A DNA stretch of 64,000 nucleotides, from the IMG/VR virus record IMGVR_UViG_3300031951_000032. One strand, written 5' to 3'. Below the pieces are notes generated by a model. That model did not search any database. It saw only the letters and a list, made by a program, of their open reading frames with translations, and was not told where the DNA came from. Position numbers and translations under genes: made by a program. Source of the DNA: an uncultured virus (IMG/VR IMGVR_UViG_3300031951_000032). Its lineage: Duplodnaviria; Heunggongvirae; Uroviricota; Caudoviricetes. Below are positions 1-8,827 of the stretch, in pieces; position 1 is the first letter of the stretch, and every line of letters starts with the position of its first letter.

Positions 1-663
1 GGTAAAGGTGCGGGTGCTGCTGCTGTTGCTGTCGTAGAAAATCCTGGTGCTACTGGAGTTATTTCACGAATTGAACTAACAAATCCTGGAACGGGATATA
101 TTACTTCACCTTTAATTACAATTAATACTCCTGCAACTGGTGGTGGCACAACTGCAACTGTGTTATATAATGGTGAAGACAAATCATTAGGTGGTAATGC
201 AGATGTTCGTTACCTAACAAAACGAGTTCCTCTGGCTTCAGGTTTTGATGCTGGCGACCTTCGTGTTTATATGGATGCATATCGTCCACCGGGTTCTGGC
301 ATTTTAGTATGGTACAAATTATTGTCTGAAAGTGACGCAAGTAAATTTGAAGATAATACCTGGAATTTAATGACAGAACTTTCTGATTCTGCAAACTTCG
401 TTTCAAAAAATGTTTACGACTATGGTGAACTGACGTTTGCTCCAGGAGTTTATGGTTCTGGACTTGCAGATAACAAAGTATTATATACATCATCACAGGG
501 AACAACACATAAAGATTTTATGATGTTTCAGATAAAAGTAGTTATGTATGGACAAAGTACGACTGCTGTTCCTAGATTTGGTCAACTTCGTGTTGTTGCC
601 TTACCTGCTTCAACTCTACTTGGTGTTGTTGAAGGTAAAGTGACAACCATACCGGTAAATTAA
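1..663 (+). CDS. C-terminal part of a large virion structural protein (5'-truncated by the window)
   Basis: Frame 1 is open from base 1 to TAA at 663. The C-terminus (RYLTKRVPL...DLRVYMDAYRP...FQIKVVM...PRFGQLRVVAL) resembles the large structural protein preceding fibre/neck genes in T4-like environmental phages. Confidence 0.65.
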   Translation, partial: GKGAGAAAVAVVENPGATGVISRIELTNPGTGYITSPLITINTPATGGGTTATVLYNGEDKSLGGNADVRYLTKRVPLASGFDAGDLRVYMDAYRPPGSGILVWYKLLSESDASKFEDNTWNLMTELSDSANFVSKNVYDYGELTFAPGVYGSGLADNKVLYTSSQGTTHKDFMMFQIKVVMYGQSTTAVPRFGQLRVVALPASTLLGVVEGKVTTIPVN

Positions 664-664
664 T

Positions 665-889
665 ATGAAATTTGTTCAAATAAAATCAAATAAAAACTTG
701 TACCGTGATTTGGAAAGCGGTGCAATATTGAATACTGACCGAGAACAGTTGAAAACTTATTATGCTGAGAGGGATCAGAAAATAAAAGAACTACAAGAAA
801 AACAAAGTTTAGAAAATAAAGTAAATAAATTAGAAGATGATATGTCAGAAATTAAAGACCTTCTCCGTCAACTTGTAACGAGAACATAA
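665..889 (+). CDS. Conserved small coiled-coil hypothetical protein
   Basis: 74 aa with an NLYRDLESGAILN motif followed by a coiled coil; tightly packed between neighbours. Confidence 0.7.
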   Translation: MKFVQIKSNKNLYRDLESGAILNTDREQLKTYYAERDQKIKELQEKQSLENKVNKLEDDMSEIKDLLRQLVTRT

Positions 890-890
890 G

Positions 891-1985
891 ATGGCAATAA
901 ATCAAATTTCAACAGCCAATACGTTTGAAGAATGGTTATCAACCACTTCTACTTTGGTTGCAGTCGCTAATAATCTAACTGATAATACAAATGGTGGATT
1001 TTTAGCGAACTCTTCAATTTTTATTGAAGGCTCTGCGGCTTCTCTTAATGTTCGTACTCATGCTAATATTAATTATGTTTGGGCTAACACCGCAAACATA
1101 TCTAACGTTTCAATTATTGCTGGTAGTGTGACAGGTAATGCCAATCTAACTTTTGATGGCGCTACGATTAATAAACTTACCTTTGGTAATGTTGTTGTCA
1201 CAGGTAACATTCAAACAGTTAATGTAACCACTAGTTTGAATGTTGGTGGTGATGCTATCATTTCTGGTAATCTAAGAATCACAGGCAATACGACACTAGA
1301 CAATATTGGTTTTAATGATTTAAGTATTGCTGGTAATGCATCGGTCGGTAATAATTTAGTTGTAACTCAAAACATTGCAGTAGTCAATGTTACTAGAACA
1401 CTGAACGTTGGTAGCAGCATTGTTGCACCACTGGCCAATATCGCCAACATTAACTTGTCTTTCAGTTCAATTACTGTACCAGAAACATTAACTGTCAATA
1501 ATGCTAGTATAACTGGTAATCTTTTTGTTGCAAATACTACAGTCAATGGCAATATTACACGTGCTAATGTCACAACAACGCTGAACGTTGGTAGCAGCAT
1601 TGTTGCACCACTGGCCAATATCGCCAACATTAACCTGTCGTTTAATTCACTGTCTGTTCCAGGTAATTTAATCGTAACTGGTGCATCTTCCAATATTACA
1701 GGTGGATTAGCAATTGGTGGAAACATTGCCGTAGCAAATATTACGAGCAACCTGTCTGTCGGTGGTGATGCGTTCATTTATGGTAATTTGACGATTACTG
1801 GTAATACCACACTAGATTCAATTGGCTTCAATGATTTAAATGTTGCTGGTCAGATTACTTCAACAAACCTGAACACAACAAATGCAAGTATTCAAATTCT
1901 TGTAGGGCAAGCAAACAACAGTATTTACAGTGCCATCACAGCGGCAACTGAATCGGCGATTGCATTTGCGATTGCCCTAGGTTAA
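891..1985 (+). CDS. Asn/Thr-rich beta-repeat fibre or structural protein with hydrophobic C-terminal tail (AIAFAIALG)
   Basis: 364 aa; N-terminal ANTFEEW motif; repeated GNLxITGN and ANIANI units; internal duplication. Confidence 0.7.
   Translation: MAINQISTANTFEEWLSTTSTLVAVANNLTDNTNGGFLANSSIFIEGSAASLNVRTHANINYVWANTANISNVSIIAGSVTGNANLTFDGATINKLTFGNVVVTGNIQTVNVTTSLNVGGDAIISGNLRITGNTTLDNIGFNDLSIAGNASVGNNLVVTQNIAVVNVTRTLNVGSSIVAPLANIANINLSFSSITVPETLTVNNASITGNLFVANTTVNGNITRANVTTTLNVGSSIVAPLANIANINLSFNSLSVPGNLIVTGASSNITGGLAIGGNIAVANITSNLSVGGDAFIYGNLTITGNTTLDSIGFNDLNVAGQITSTNLNTTNASIQILVGQANNSIYSAITAATESAIAFAIALG
1401..1634 (+). repeat. Exact 54-bp direct repeat (1401-1454 and 1581-1634), 180-bp period
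   Basis: CTGAACGTTGGTAGCAGCATTGTTGCACCACTGGCCAATATCGCCAACATTAAC occurs twice, encoding LNVGSSIVAPLANIANIN. Confidence 0.95.
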
Positions 1986-2011
1986 ATAAATAGACAAAAA
2001 CAGAGGTTTTA

Positions 2012-2344
2012 ATGGCTAATACTTTTAGAAATTCAACTTTAAAGGCAGTTGGAGCGGGATTACAAAATGTTTATTCCGTTGGTGTAGGTGTGCAATCAAC
2101 GGTAATCGGCATGACAATTGCTAACATGATCTCCACTCCAATTTCGGCTAGTGTTAGCCTAAGTGGTGGAGATATTTCTGGTAATGTTTTTCTGATTAAA
2201 GATGCTACGATTGCCCCAGGTGGTTCATTAGTTCCAATCGGTGGTGACCAAAAAGTTGTACTTGAGGCTGGTGACTATTTACAGGTAAATACTTCAGTGG
2301 CTTCTTCCGCTGATGTCGTTGTCTCAGTTCTGGAGATCAGTTAA
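2012..2344 (+). CDS. Small virion adaptor-like beta protein (MANTF family), paralog 1
   Basis: 110 aa; SD GAGG; shares IAN...I/VP...L..G...V...S..EI pattern with 2815 and 5856. Confidence 0.7.
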   Translation: MANTFRNSTLKAVGAGLQNVYSVGVGVQSTVIGMTIANMISTPISASVSLSGGDISGNVFLIKDATIAPGGSLVPIGGDQKVVLEAGDYLQVNTSVASSADVVVSVLEIS

Positions 2345-2799
2345 TGGCGTACATAGGTAACACACCAGAAGGAGTAAGTTTTTATACTCTAGGTGTGGAG
2401 AAATTTAGCGGCACTGGTGCTTGCACACAATTTAGTCTTGGTAGAACCATTAGTGATGCAAACACAATCACGGTTGTTGTGAATGGTGTTATGCAAACTC
2501 CAGTGGACTCTTATAGCGTAACTGCTGGTGTGCTAACTTTTACAGAAGCACCCGATGCAGTTGCAAATAATATCGTCATTACTTATTTGGCGACAAATGT
2601 AAGCACACAATATATACCAGGTCAATTCGCACCAGGTTCAGTAACACAAACTGCACTTGCAAGTGGAGCAGTTTCTACTCAGAAAATTGTTAATGATGCT
2701 GTAACAACAGACAAAATTGCAAATAATTCAATTACTGGTGAAAAAGTTAATACACCAGCAGACATCTTTGATGACGCATTTTTATTTGGCGGAATGTAA
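2344..2799 (+). CDS. Virion structural protein (MAYIGN family) with C-terminal DIFDDAFLFGGM tail
   Basis: 151 aa; FSGTG..TQF.L...VVVNGVMQ.P..Y domain followed by VTTDKIA repeats; TAATG coupling. Confidence 0.7.
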   Translation: MAYIGNTPEGVSFYTLGVEKFSGTGACTQFSLGRTISDANTITVVVNGVMQTPVDSYSVTAGVLTFTEAPDAVANNIVITYLATNVSTQYIPGQFAPGSVTQTALASGAVSTQKIVNDAVTTDKIANNSITGEKVNTPADIFDDAFLFGGM

Positions 2800-2814
2800 A
2801 AAGGAAAAATTCAA

Positions 2815-3153
2815 ATGGCAAGAGCATATAAAATTTTAGGTCAATCAAACCCAGCAGCAAATGTGTTGACTAGATTGTACACAGTACCGTCAGGTAACTC
2901 TGCAATCATTTCGTCAATCACAATAGCCAATCTTGATGAAGACCCCACAGATGGTGGTGCATTTAGAATATCAGTAAACACATCAAGTGCTGCGGTTTCA
3001 AATGCAAGTTACATTGCTTATGGTGTTAATGTACCAGGTCGTGATGCAATTACGCTGACACTTGGTTTGACACTTAATGCAGGTTCAATCGTGTCAGTCA
3101 ATGCAAACAGTTCATTACTTGCTTTCTCAGCATTTGGCACAGAAATATTTTAA
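2815..3153 (+). CDS. Small virion adaptor-like protein (YKILGQ family), paralog 2
   Basis: 112 aa; SD AAGGA; LYTVP...IISSITIAN...IAYGVNVP...AFGTEI. Confidence 0.7.
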   Translation: MARAYKILGQSNPAANVLTRLYTVPSGNSAIISSITIANLDEDPTDGGAFRISVNTSSAAVSNASYIAYGVNVPGRDAITLTLGLTLNAGSIVSVNANSSLLAFSAFGTEIF

Positions 3154-3166
3154 TTGGAACTTATAA

Positions 3167-5014
3167 ATGGCTCTGAATAGAATCTCCGTAAGTAGAATAT
3201 CGCTCAAACGAATGACCGTGCCCGGTTTTGGTGGTGCTGTTACTCCTGGCGTTGTATATACTGCAAACATAACTCGTACATTTGCAAACTCAAATACTTG
3301 GACTGTTCCTGTTGGTACATCAAATGTTCAGTATATGATTGTTGCTGGTGGTGGAGGTGGTGGAGCCGGCGCCGGCGGTGGCGGCGGAGCTGGAGGATTC
3401 AGATTAGGTTATCTTACAGCGCCTCAAATTCAATTTAATGATACATTTACTGTTGTAATTGGTGCTGGTGGTGGCAGCGGTGCAAATGGTTCAAACTCGG
3501 GAATTTGGTCTGGTGTTGCAAATGTTTGGTCTGCTGGTGGTGGTGCATCCAGTCCTGGTTTGTCAGCGCCAGGCAGTTCGGGTGGCTCTGGTGGCGGTGG
3601 TGGTGCATCCAATCCTGGCGCTGATATTCCTGGTGGTTTTGGAAATTATTGGAATAATGCTGACACAGGAGTAACTCCAGTTCAAGGATTTGGTGGTGGT
3701 AATGGTGTAAGAACTGGTAGCGGTGGTGGTGACTATAATGGTGGTGGCGGAGGCGGTGCTGCTGCAAATGGAGCAAATGCTCTTAGAGCGCCGGCACAAA
3801 GAGGTGGTTCGGGCGGTTCAGGAATTTTATCATCACTAAGTGGCATAGCATACTATTGGGCTGGCGGTGGAGGTGGTAGTGCTGGTTCTGGTGGAGGACC
3901 TGCCGGTTCGGGTGGTGCTGGTGGTGGCGGAGGCGGTTCAGCGGAGTCAGGCGCACCAAATGGTGTGGGTGGTAATGGAATTAACTCTGGTGCATCCTCA
4001 CCCGGTCTAGTGGGTGGAAACGGCGGAACAAACAGTGGCGGTGGTGGTGGTGGCGGCTCTTTTAATGGTGGATTTGCTGGTGGTGTTGGAGGTTCTGGTG
4101 GTTCGGGTTACATTGTTTTAAAATATCAACAAACTTCTACATCAAATCAAAACTCAAGAATCGCTGTATATACAACCACTGGTTTGTTTGAAGTTCCAAA
4201 TGGTATTACAGAAATTGAGTATCTCGTTCTTGGTGGTGGTGGTGCTGGTGGTGCTGGCGCAGCCATACCATTTCAGCAATGTGCAGGAGGTGGTGGTGCT
4301 GGAGGATTTAGAATAGGTGCGAATGTAGGAGTAACACCACTTGCAACACTGACTGTTGTTATTGGCGCTGGTGGTGCTGGTAATACAGCAATTGGTGGTA
4401 ATGGTTCAAACTCTGGAATTTATGGCACGGGTCCAGCGTTTCCTGCTATTTGGTCATCAGGTGGCGGCGGTGGTGCTAAAGGCGGTTCGGGTAGAGGTAT
4501 GGCAGGTGGATCCGGCGGTGGAGGTGGTCGTGCTGGTGATCCGGGTGGTCCAGGCAACATTGGCGGATACAGTCCTTCAGAAGGAAATTCTGGTGGTGCT
4601 GGCGGCGATTCTACTCCAGGTAATGGAACAAACTCCGGTGGTGGAGGTGGTGGTGCGGGAGGCTCAGGTGGAAATGCTAATGGCCTACCAATGATTGGTG
4701 GTAACGGTGGTATAGGTTTGTTTTCCACACTATCAGGCTCAAATGTAGCATATGCTGGCGGTGGTGGCGGTTCGGGTGATGGTGGTCAACCAGCAGCAAA
4801 TCTTTTTGGCCAAGGTAGAGGTGGTGGTGGATATGCTCGTTACTCTGATGGCGCACCGTGGTTAGGCACACCATTTGGTGGTGGAACAAATGCCGTTATT
4901 ACTCCTAGTGGTCAATATGTTGGCTCTGGTAATAATAACACAGGTGGTGGTGGAGCCGGCAGTTATATAGTTTCTGGTTCCGGCGGTTCTGGTGTTGTAA
5001 TTATTAGATGGTAA
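3167..5014 (+). CDS. Glycine-rich adhesin-like protein with 2 polyglycine domains
   Basis: 615 aa; two units of WTVP.G...Y.IVAGGGGGG...GGSG.VI.(K/R)(Y/W). Confidence 0.75.
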   Translation: MALNRISVSRISLKRMTVPGFGGAVTPGVVYTANITRTFANSNTWTVPVGTSNVQYMIVAGGGGGGAGAGGGGGAGGFRLGYLTAPQIQFNDTFTVVIGAGGGSGANGSNSGIWSGVANVWSAGGGASSPGLSAPGSSGGSGGGGGASNPGADIPGGFGNYWNNADTGVTPVQGFGGGNGVRTGSGGGDYNGGGGGGAAANGANALRAPAQRGGSGGSGILSSLSGIAYYWAGGGGGSAGSGGGPAGSGGAGGGGGGSAESGAPNGVGGNGINSGASSPGLVGGNGGTNSGGGGGGGSFNGGFAGGVGGSGGSGYIVLKYQQTSTSNQNSRIAVYTTTGLFEVPNGITEIEYLVLGGGGAGGAGAAIPFQQCAGGGGAGGFRIGANVGVTPLATLTVVIGAGGAGNTAIGGNGSNSGIYGTGPAFPAIWSSGGGGGAKGGSGRGMAGGSGGGGGRAGDPGGPGNIGGYSPSEGNSGGAGGDSTPGNGTNSGGGGGGAGGSGGNANGLPMIGGNGGIGLFSTLSGSNVAYAGGGGGSGDGGQPAANLFGQGRGGGGYARYSDGAPWLGTPFGGGTNAVITPSGQYVGSGNNNTGGGGAGSYIVSGSGGSGVVIIRW

Positions 5015-5051
5015 AGTGTCAAATAAATAGTTTTATTTTAAAGGTGATTGA

Positions 5052-5468
5052 ATGAATAACGAACAAATTTCTTATGCACAATATTTAATTGGTAACAACA
5101 ACAAACTTGTATGTGGTATTGATACTGCGATTAAAGCACTCAGACCACATGCTCGTTATGATATGTCTGCATCGGGTGGACACTTTGAGTTCACTCGTTG
5201 GGAAGATGAATCGGGTTCAAAGCCACCCACAAGAGATGAGATTTTTGATGAACTGGAATATCAGAATAAGTTTATTGAATATTGGCAGCACTTTTTAGAC
5301 CGTGCTGCAAACTATCCTGATATTGTTACATTGGTTAATCATCTTTATGATGCAATGGACAACAGTGAAATTCCAGGAAAAGGAACTAAATTTCATAACG
5401 CTATTAAAGAAGTGAATGATAAGTTTCCAAGACCTGATGGTGAGCCACCGGTAAGAACTGATAAATAA
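5052..5468 (+). CDS. Putative tail-fibre assembly chaperone (XkdW-like)
   Basis: 138 aa; AIKALRP...W...KPPT.DEI...RAANYP...IKEVNDKFP pattern, directly downstream of a fibre/adhesin gene. Confidence 0.55.
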   Translation: MNNEQISYAQYLIGNNNKLVCGIDTAIKALRPHARYDMSASGGHFEFTRWEDESGSKPPTRDEIFDELEYQNKFIEYWQHFLDRAANYPDIVTLVNHLYDAMDNSEIPGKGTKFHNAIKEVNDKFPRPDGEPPVRTDK

Positions 5469-5486
5469 AAACAAATAAGGAATTAA

Positions 5487-5852
5487 ATGTCGTACATTGG
5501 AAATCAAGTAACATCTGTACCTTTTACTGCTGATGTTTTCAGTGGTACAGGTAGCGAAACGGTCTTTGGACCAATGATACGCATACCTGCTACTGCTGCT
5601 TCTGTGGCAGTTTTTGTTGATGGTTCTTATAAGACTCCAGGTGTCGATTATACATTAAATGTAGATTACCTTGTCTTTACAACACCACCAGCATCAGGTA
5701 CAAATAATGTTGTTGCACACCATTTAGGTAATGGTGTCATGGCGACACAAGTTCCAGTCGATGGTTCAGTAACAGTAGCAAAATTTTCACCATCAGCAAA
5801 TTCAAAAATTACAGGTTCGGGCTTAGTCGGCTCAATCATTTTCGGAGGTTAA
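5487..5852 (+). CDS. Virion structural protein (MSYIGN family) with C-terminal GLVGSIIFGG tail
   Basis: 121 aa; paralog of 2344-2799 (FSGTG, V.V.G..P..Y, L.FT..P). Confidence 0.7.
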   Translation: MSYIGNQVTSVPFTADVFSGTGSETVFGPMIRIPATAASVAVFVDGSYKTPGVDYTLNVDYLVFTTPPASGTNNVVAHHLGNGVMATQVPVDGSVTVAKFSPSANSKITGSGLVGSIIFGG

Positions 5853-5855
5853 TAA

Positions 5856-6239
5856 ATGGCTGCGCCAAACATTGTTAGCGTATTAGATATTAGAGGTAAA
5901 AGTAATGTCGCCAACATTACTACCGTTGCATCATCAGTAATTGTTAATCCCGTCAACTCAAATAAAGTGTTTAAAATTAACACACTGATTGTATCAAATG
6001 TTGACGGAACAAACGCTGGCAATGTATCAGTAGAACTGTTTAAATTTGGCGCACAAAATTCAAGCACAGGTGTTGGTAACTCAGTTTATGCAATCGCAAA
6101 CGTAGTTACTGTACCTGCCAAATCATCACTTGATATTCTGTCAAAATCACTTTACTTAGAAGAAGGTGATAATATCAGAGTCAGGGCTGATGCAAACAAT
6201 CGTCTACACTTCATCTCATCGTTCGAAGAGATTAGCTAA
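5856..6239 (+). CDS. Small virion adaptor-like protein (MAAPNIV family), paralog 3
   Basis: 127 aa; KINTLIVSNVDG...IANVVTVPAKSSL...LYLEEGD...SFEEIS. Confidence 0.7.
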   Translation: MAAPNIVSVLDIRGKSNVANITTVASSVIVNPVNSNKVFKINTLIVSNVDGTNAGNVSVELFKFGAQNSSTGVGNSVYAIANVVTVPAKSSLDILSKSLYLEEGDNIRVRADANNRLHFISSFEEIS

Positions 6240-8824
6240 TGCCTTTAGGTTTAAATGGCGGTTTGATTGGTCTAAACAACCCATCGTCATTTGTTGGCGC
6301 TTCGGGTATTTGGACACTTGACCAAATAGGTATCAGTAGACTTGCTGGCTTATGGCCAGACCCGTCTGTTGGTGTTCAGGTTTTCAATGAAAGTACAACC
6401 TGGGTAGCACCATCAGGTGTAACGCAGGTTGAATACCTTGTCGTTGCTGGTGGTGGTGCTGGTGGAACATTGGGTGGCGGTGGTGGTGCAGGTGGGTTTT
6501 TAAGTGGAACAAACTTAGTTGTTACACCAGGACAATTGTATACAATCGTTGTTGGTGCGGGTGGTGGCGCAGGAAATTTTGGTCCAGCAGCGTCTAGAGG
6601 CTCAAACGGTTCAAACTCTGGCATCTGGTCTTCGTCGCCATTTCCTGCTATTTGGGGAGTGGGTGGTGGTGCCGGTGGTGGTGATGATCCCAGTCCTTTG
6701 AATACTGCTGGATGTTCTGGCGGTTCGGGTGGTGGTGCAGGAAGAGTTGCTCCATTTCAAGGAGGTGCAGCCACACCAGGACAAGGATTTGGTGGTGGAA
6801 ACGCCGTAACAGTTGGACCAGGTGATATCTCAGCGGGTGGAGGTGGTGCTGGTTCAGCAGGCACTTCTGGCACATCTAGCCCAGTGGTTGCTGGTGGTAA
6901 TGGCGGTATAGGTATTTTCTCTTCTATTACTGGAGCCAATGTTGGTTATGCTGGAGGTGGTGGTGGAGGTGCATATTTTTCGGCGACTATAAATGGTTTT
7001 GGTGGTGGTGGTAATCCTTCATATGGTGGAGGAAATTCTTCACCTGTGTTCACAACTACCACAGCACAAAGTGGTGCAAATAATTCGGGTGGTGGTGGTG
7101 GAGGTAGTTCTTATCAGGGTTCTCCTGTCAGTCAATATGGTAAAGCAGGTGGTGGCGCCTCTGGTGTAGTCATCCTCAAATGGCGATTCAACAATCCCGC
7201 TAATCAAGTTTTTGTCTTTGCAAACACAGGACAATTCAGAGTACCTGATGGTGTAACATCAATTGATTATCTATTAGTCGCTGGAGGTGGTGGCGGTGGC
7301 GCTCGTATAGGTGGTGGCGGTGGTGCAGGTGGTTTATTGCAAGGTATGGGGTACTCCGTAGGACCAAATCAACTTTACACAATAACAATAGGTGCTGGTG
7401 GCTCAGCCGGCGCACATCCAGTCGCCGGTGGTAATGGAGTAAACACAATCTTATCTGCTGGTAACACAGCTAATGCTCCATTATTCACGGCGATAGGTGG
7501 TGGGGGTGGTGCTGCAACCGATAGTGGTTATGGTAGAAATGGTGGTTCAGGTGGTGGTAATGGTAGAGGTATAAACAATACAACACCAGGAGGAAGAGCC
7601 ACTCCCGGTCAGGGGTTTGATGGTGGTGCTGGTGGTAGTGTTTCTGGTAATAATAGTGACCGTTCTGGTGGAGGAGGTGGTGCTAGTGGCGCCGGCTTTG
7701 GTGGACCAGCAGCCTCACCAACGGGTTCTTCAAATGGTGGTATCGGAATATTTTCGTCAATCACTGGTGCTAATGTTGGTTATGCAGGTGGGGGTGGTGG
7801 CGGCGCCTATGCAAACCCAACAAACGCACCTTTCGGACATTTTATTTGTGGTGGTGCAAATGGGGTGAATTCCCCATCAGCATCAACCGGTGGGAACGGT
7901 TTAACGAATCGTGGTGGCGGCGGCGGTGGTGGTGGTTATACCGATGCGGGTGCAACAGCTTATAATGGTGGCGCCGGCGGTTCTGGTTTTGCAGTCATCA
8001 AAGTTTCCTCTGTGCAAAACAAAATCGTAATCTTTTCTAACACAGCCACATGGAACGTACCTGCTGGTGTAACAAGTGTTGAATATCTCATCGTCGGTGG
8101 TGGTGGTGCTGGAGGCACTGACGGTGGTACTGGTGCTGGTGCAGGCGGTGGTGGTGCTGGTGGTTTTAGAACAAGTCCGGCACTAACAGTTACACCTGGA
8201 GCAACAATGACCATCAGTGTTGGTGGTGGTGGAGCAGCAGGCGCACCTTCACCTGGCGCACAATCTACAAACGGTTCTAATTCAGGTATTTTTGGTTCTT
8301 CACCATTTACTGCTGTATGGTCATCAGGTGGTGGTAGAGGTGGTGGTTATTCCGCACCAGCATATTATGCAGCAATGTCGGGTGGTTCTGGTGGTGGCGC
8401 CACTGGCTATATTCAAGTAACAGGTGCGCCAGGTAATCTTGGTGGTTATTCACCTTCAGAGGGTAGTGCGGGTGGATCAACTCCTGGTGGCGCACAATAC
8501 GCTGGTGCCGGCGGTGGTGGTGCTGGTGGTGTAGGACAAAATGGAACTGGTCCAGCAGCAGGTAATGGCGGCATAGGAATATTCTCATCAATTTCCGGAT
8601 CAAACACAGGTTATGCTGCTGGCGGTGGCGGTGGTGGAAACAATACTGATGGTCCTGGTGCTGATGGTGGCATGGGTATAGGCGGTCGTGGTGGCACAGG
8701 ACCTGCCACTAGTGGAACTACTGGAGCTGCTGCCACTGGTAGTGGTGGCGGCGGTGGTGTTGAAAACTCAGGAACAACAGGTGGTTCTGGTGGTGGCGGT
8801 ATCGTCATTCTCAAATGGACATAA
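6239..8824 (+). CDS. Glycine-rich adhesin-like protein with 3 polyglycine domains
   Basis: 861 aa; N-terminal NGGLIG...ASGIWTL...WP motif, then three domains ending GVVILKW, GFAVIKV, GIVILKWT. Confidence 0.75.
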   Translation: MPLGLNGGLIGLNNPSSFVGASGIWTLDQIGISRLAGLWPDPSVGVQVFNESTTWVAPSGVTQVEYLVVAGGGAGGTLGGGGGAGGFLSGTNLVVTPGQLYTIVVGAGGGAGNFGPAASRGSNGSNSGIWSSSPFPAIWGVGGGAGGGDDPSPLNTAGCSGGSGGGAGRVAPFQGGAATPGQGFGGGNAVTVGPGDISAGGGGAGSAGTSGTSSPVVAGGNGGIGIFSSITGANVGYAGGGGGGAYFSATINGFGGGGNPSYGGGNSSPVFTTTTAQSGANNSGGGGGGSSYQGSPVSQYGKAGGGASGVVILKWRFNNPANQVFVFANTGQFRVPDGVTSIDYLLVAGGGGGGARIGGGGGAGGLLQGMGYSVGPNQLYTITIGAGGSAGAHPVAGGNGVNTILSAGNTANAPLFTAIGGGGGAATDSGYGRNGGSGGGNGRGINNTTPGGRATPGQGFDGGAGGSVSGNNSDRSGGGGGASGAGFGGPAASPTGSSNGGIGIFSSITGANVGYAGGGGGGAYANPTNAPFGHFICGGANGVNSPSASTGGNGLTNRGGGGGGGGYTDAGATAYNGGAGGSGFAVIKVSSVQNKIVIFSNTATWNVPAGVTSVEYLIVGGGGAGGTDGGTGAGAGGGGAGGFRTSPALTVTPGATMTISVGGGGAAGAPSPGAQSTNGSNSGIFGSSPFTAVWSSGGGRGGGYSAPAYYAAMSGGSGGGATGYIQVTGAPGNLGGYSPSEGSAGGSTPGGAQYAGAGGGGAGGVGQNGTGPAAGNGGIGIFSSISGSNTGYAAGGGGGGNNTDGPGADGGMGIGGRGGTGPATSGTTGAAATGSGGGGGVENSGTTGGSGGGGIVILKWT

Positions 8825-8827
8825 CAA

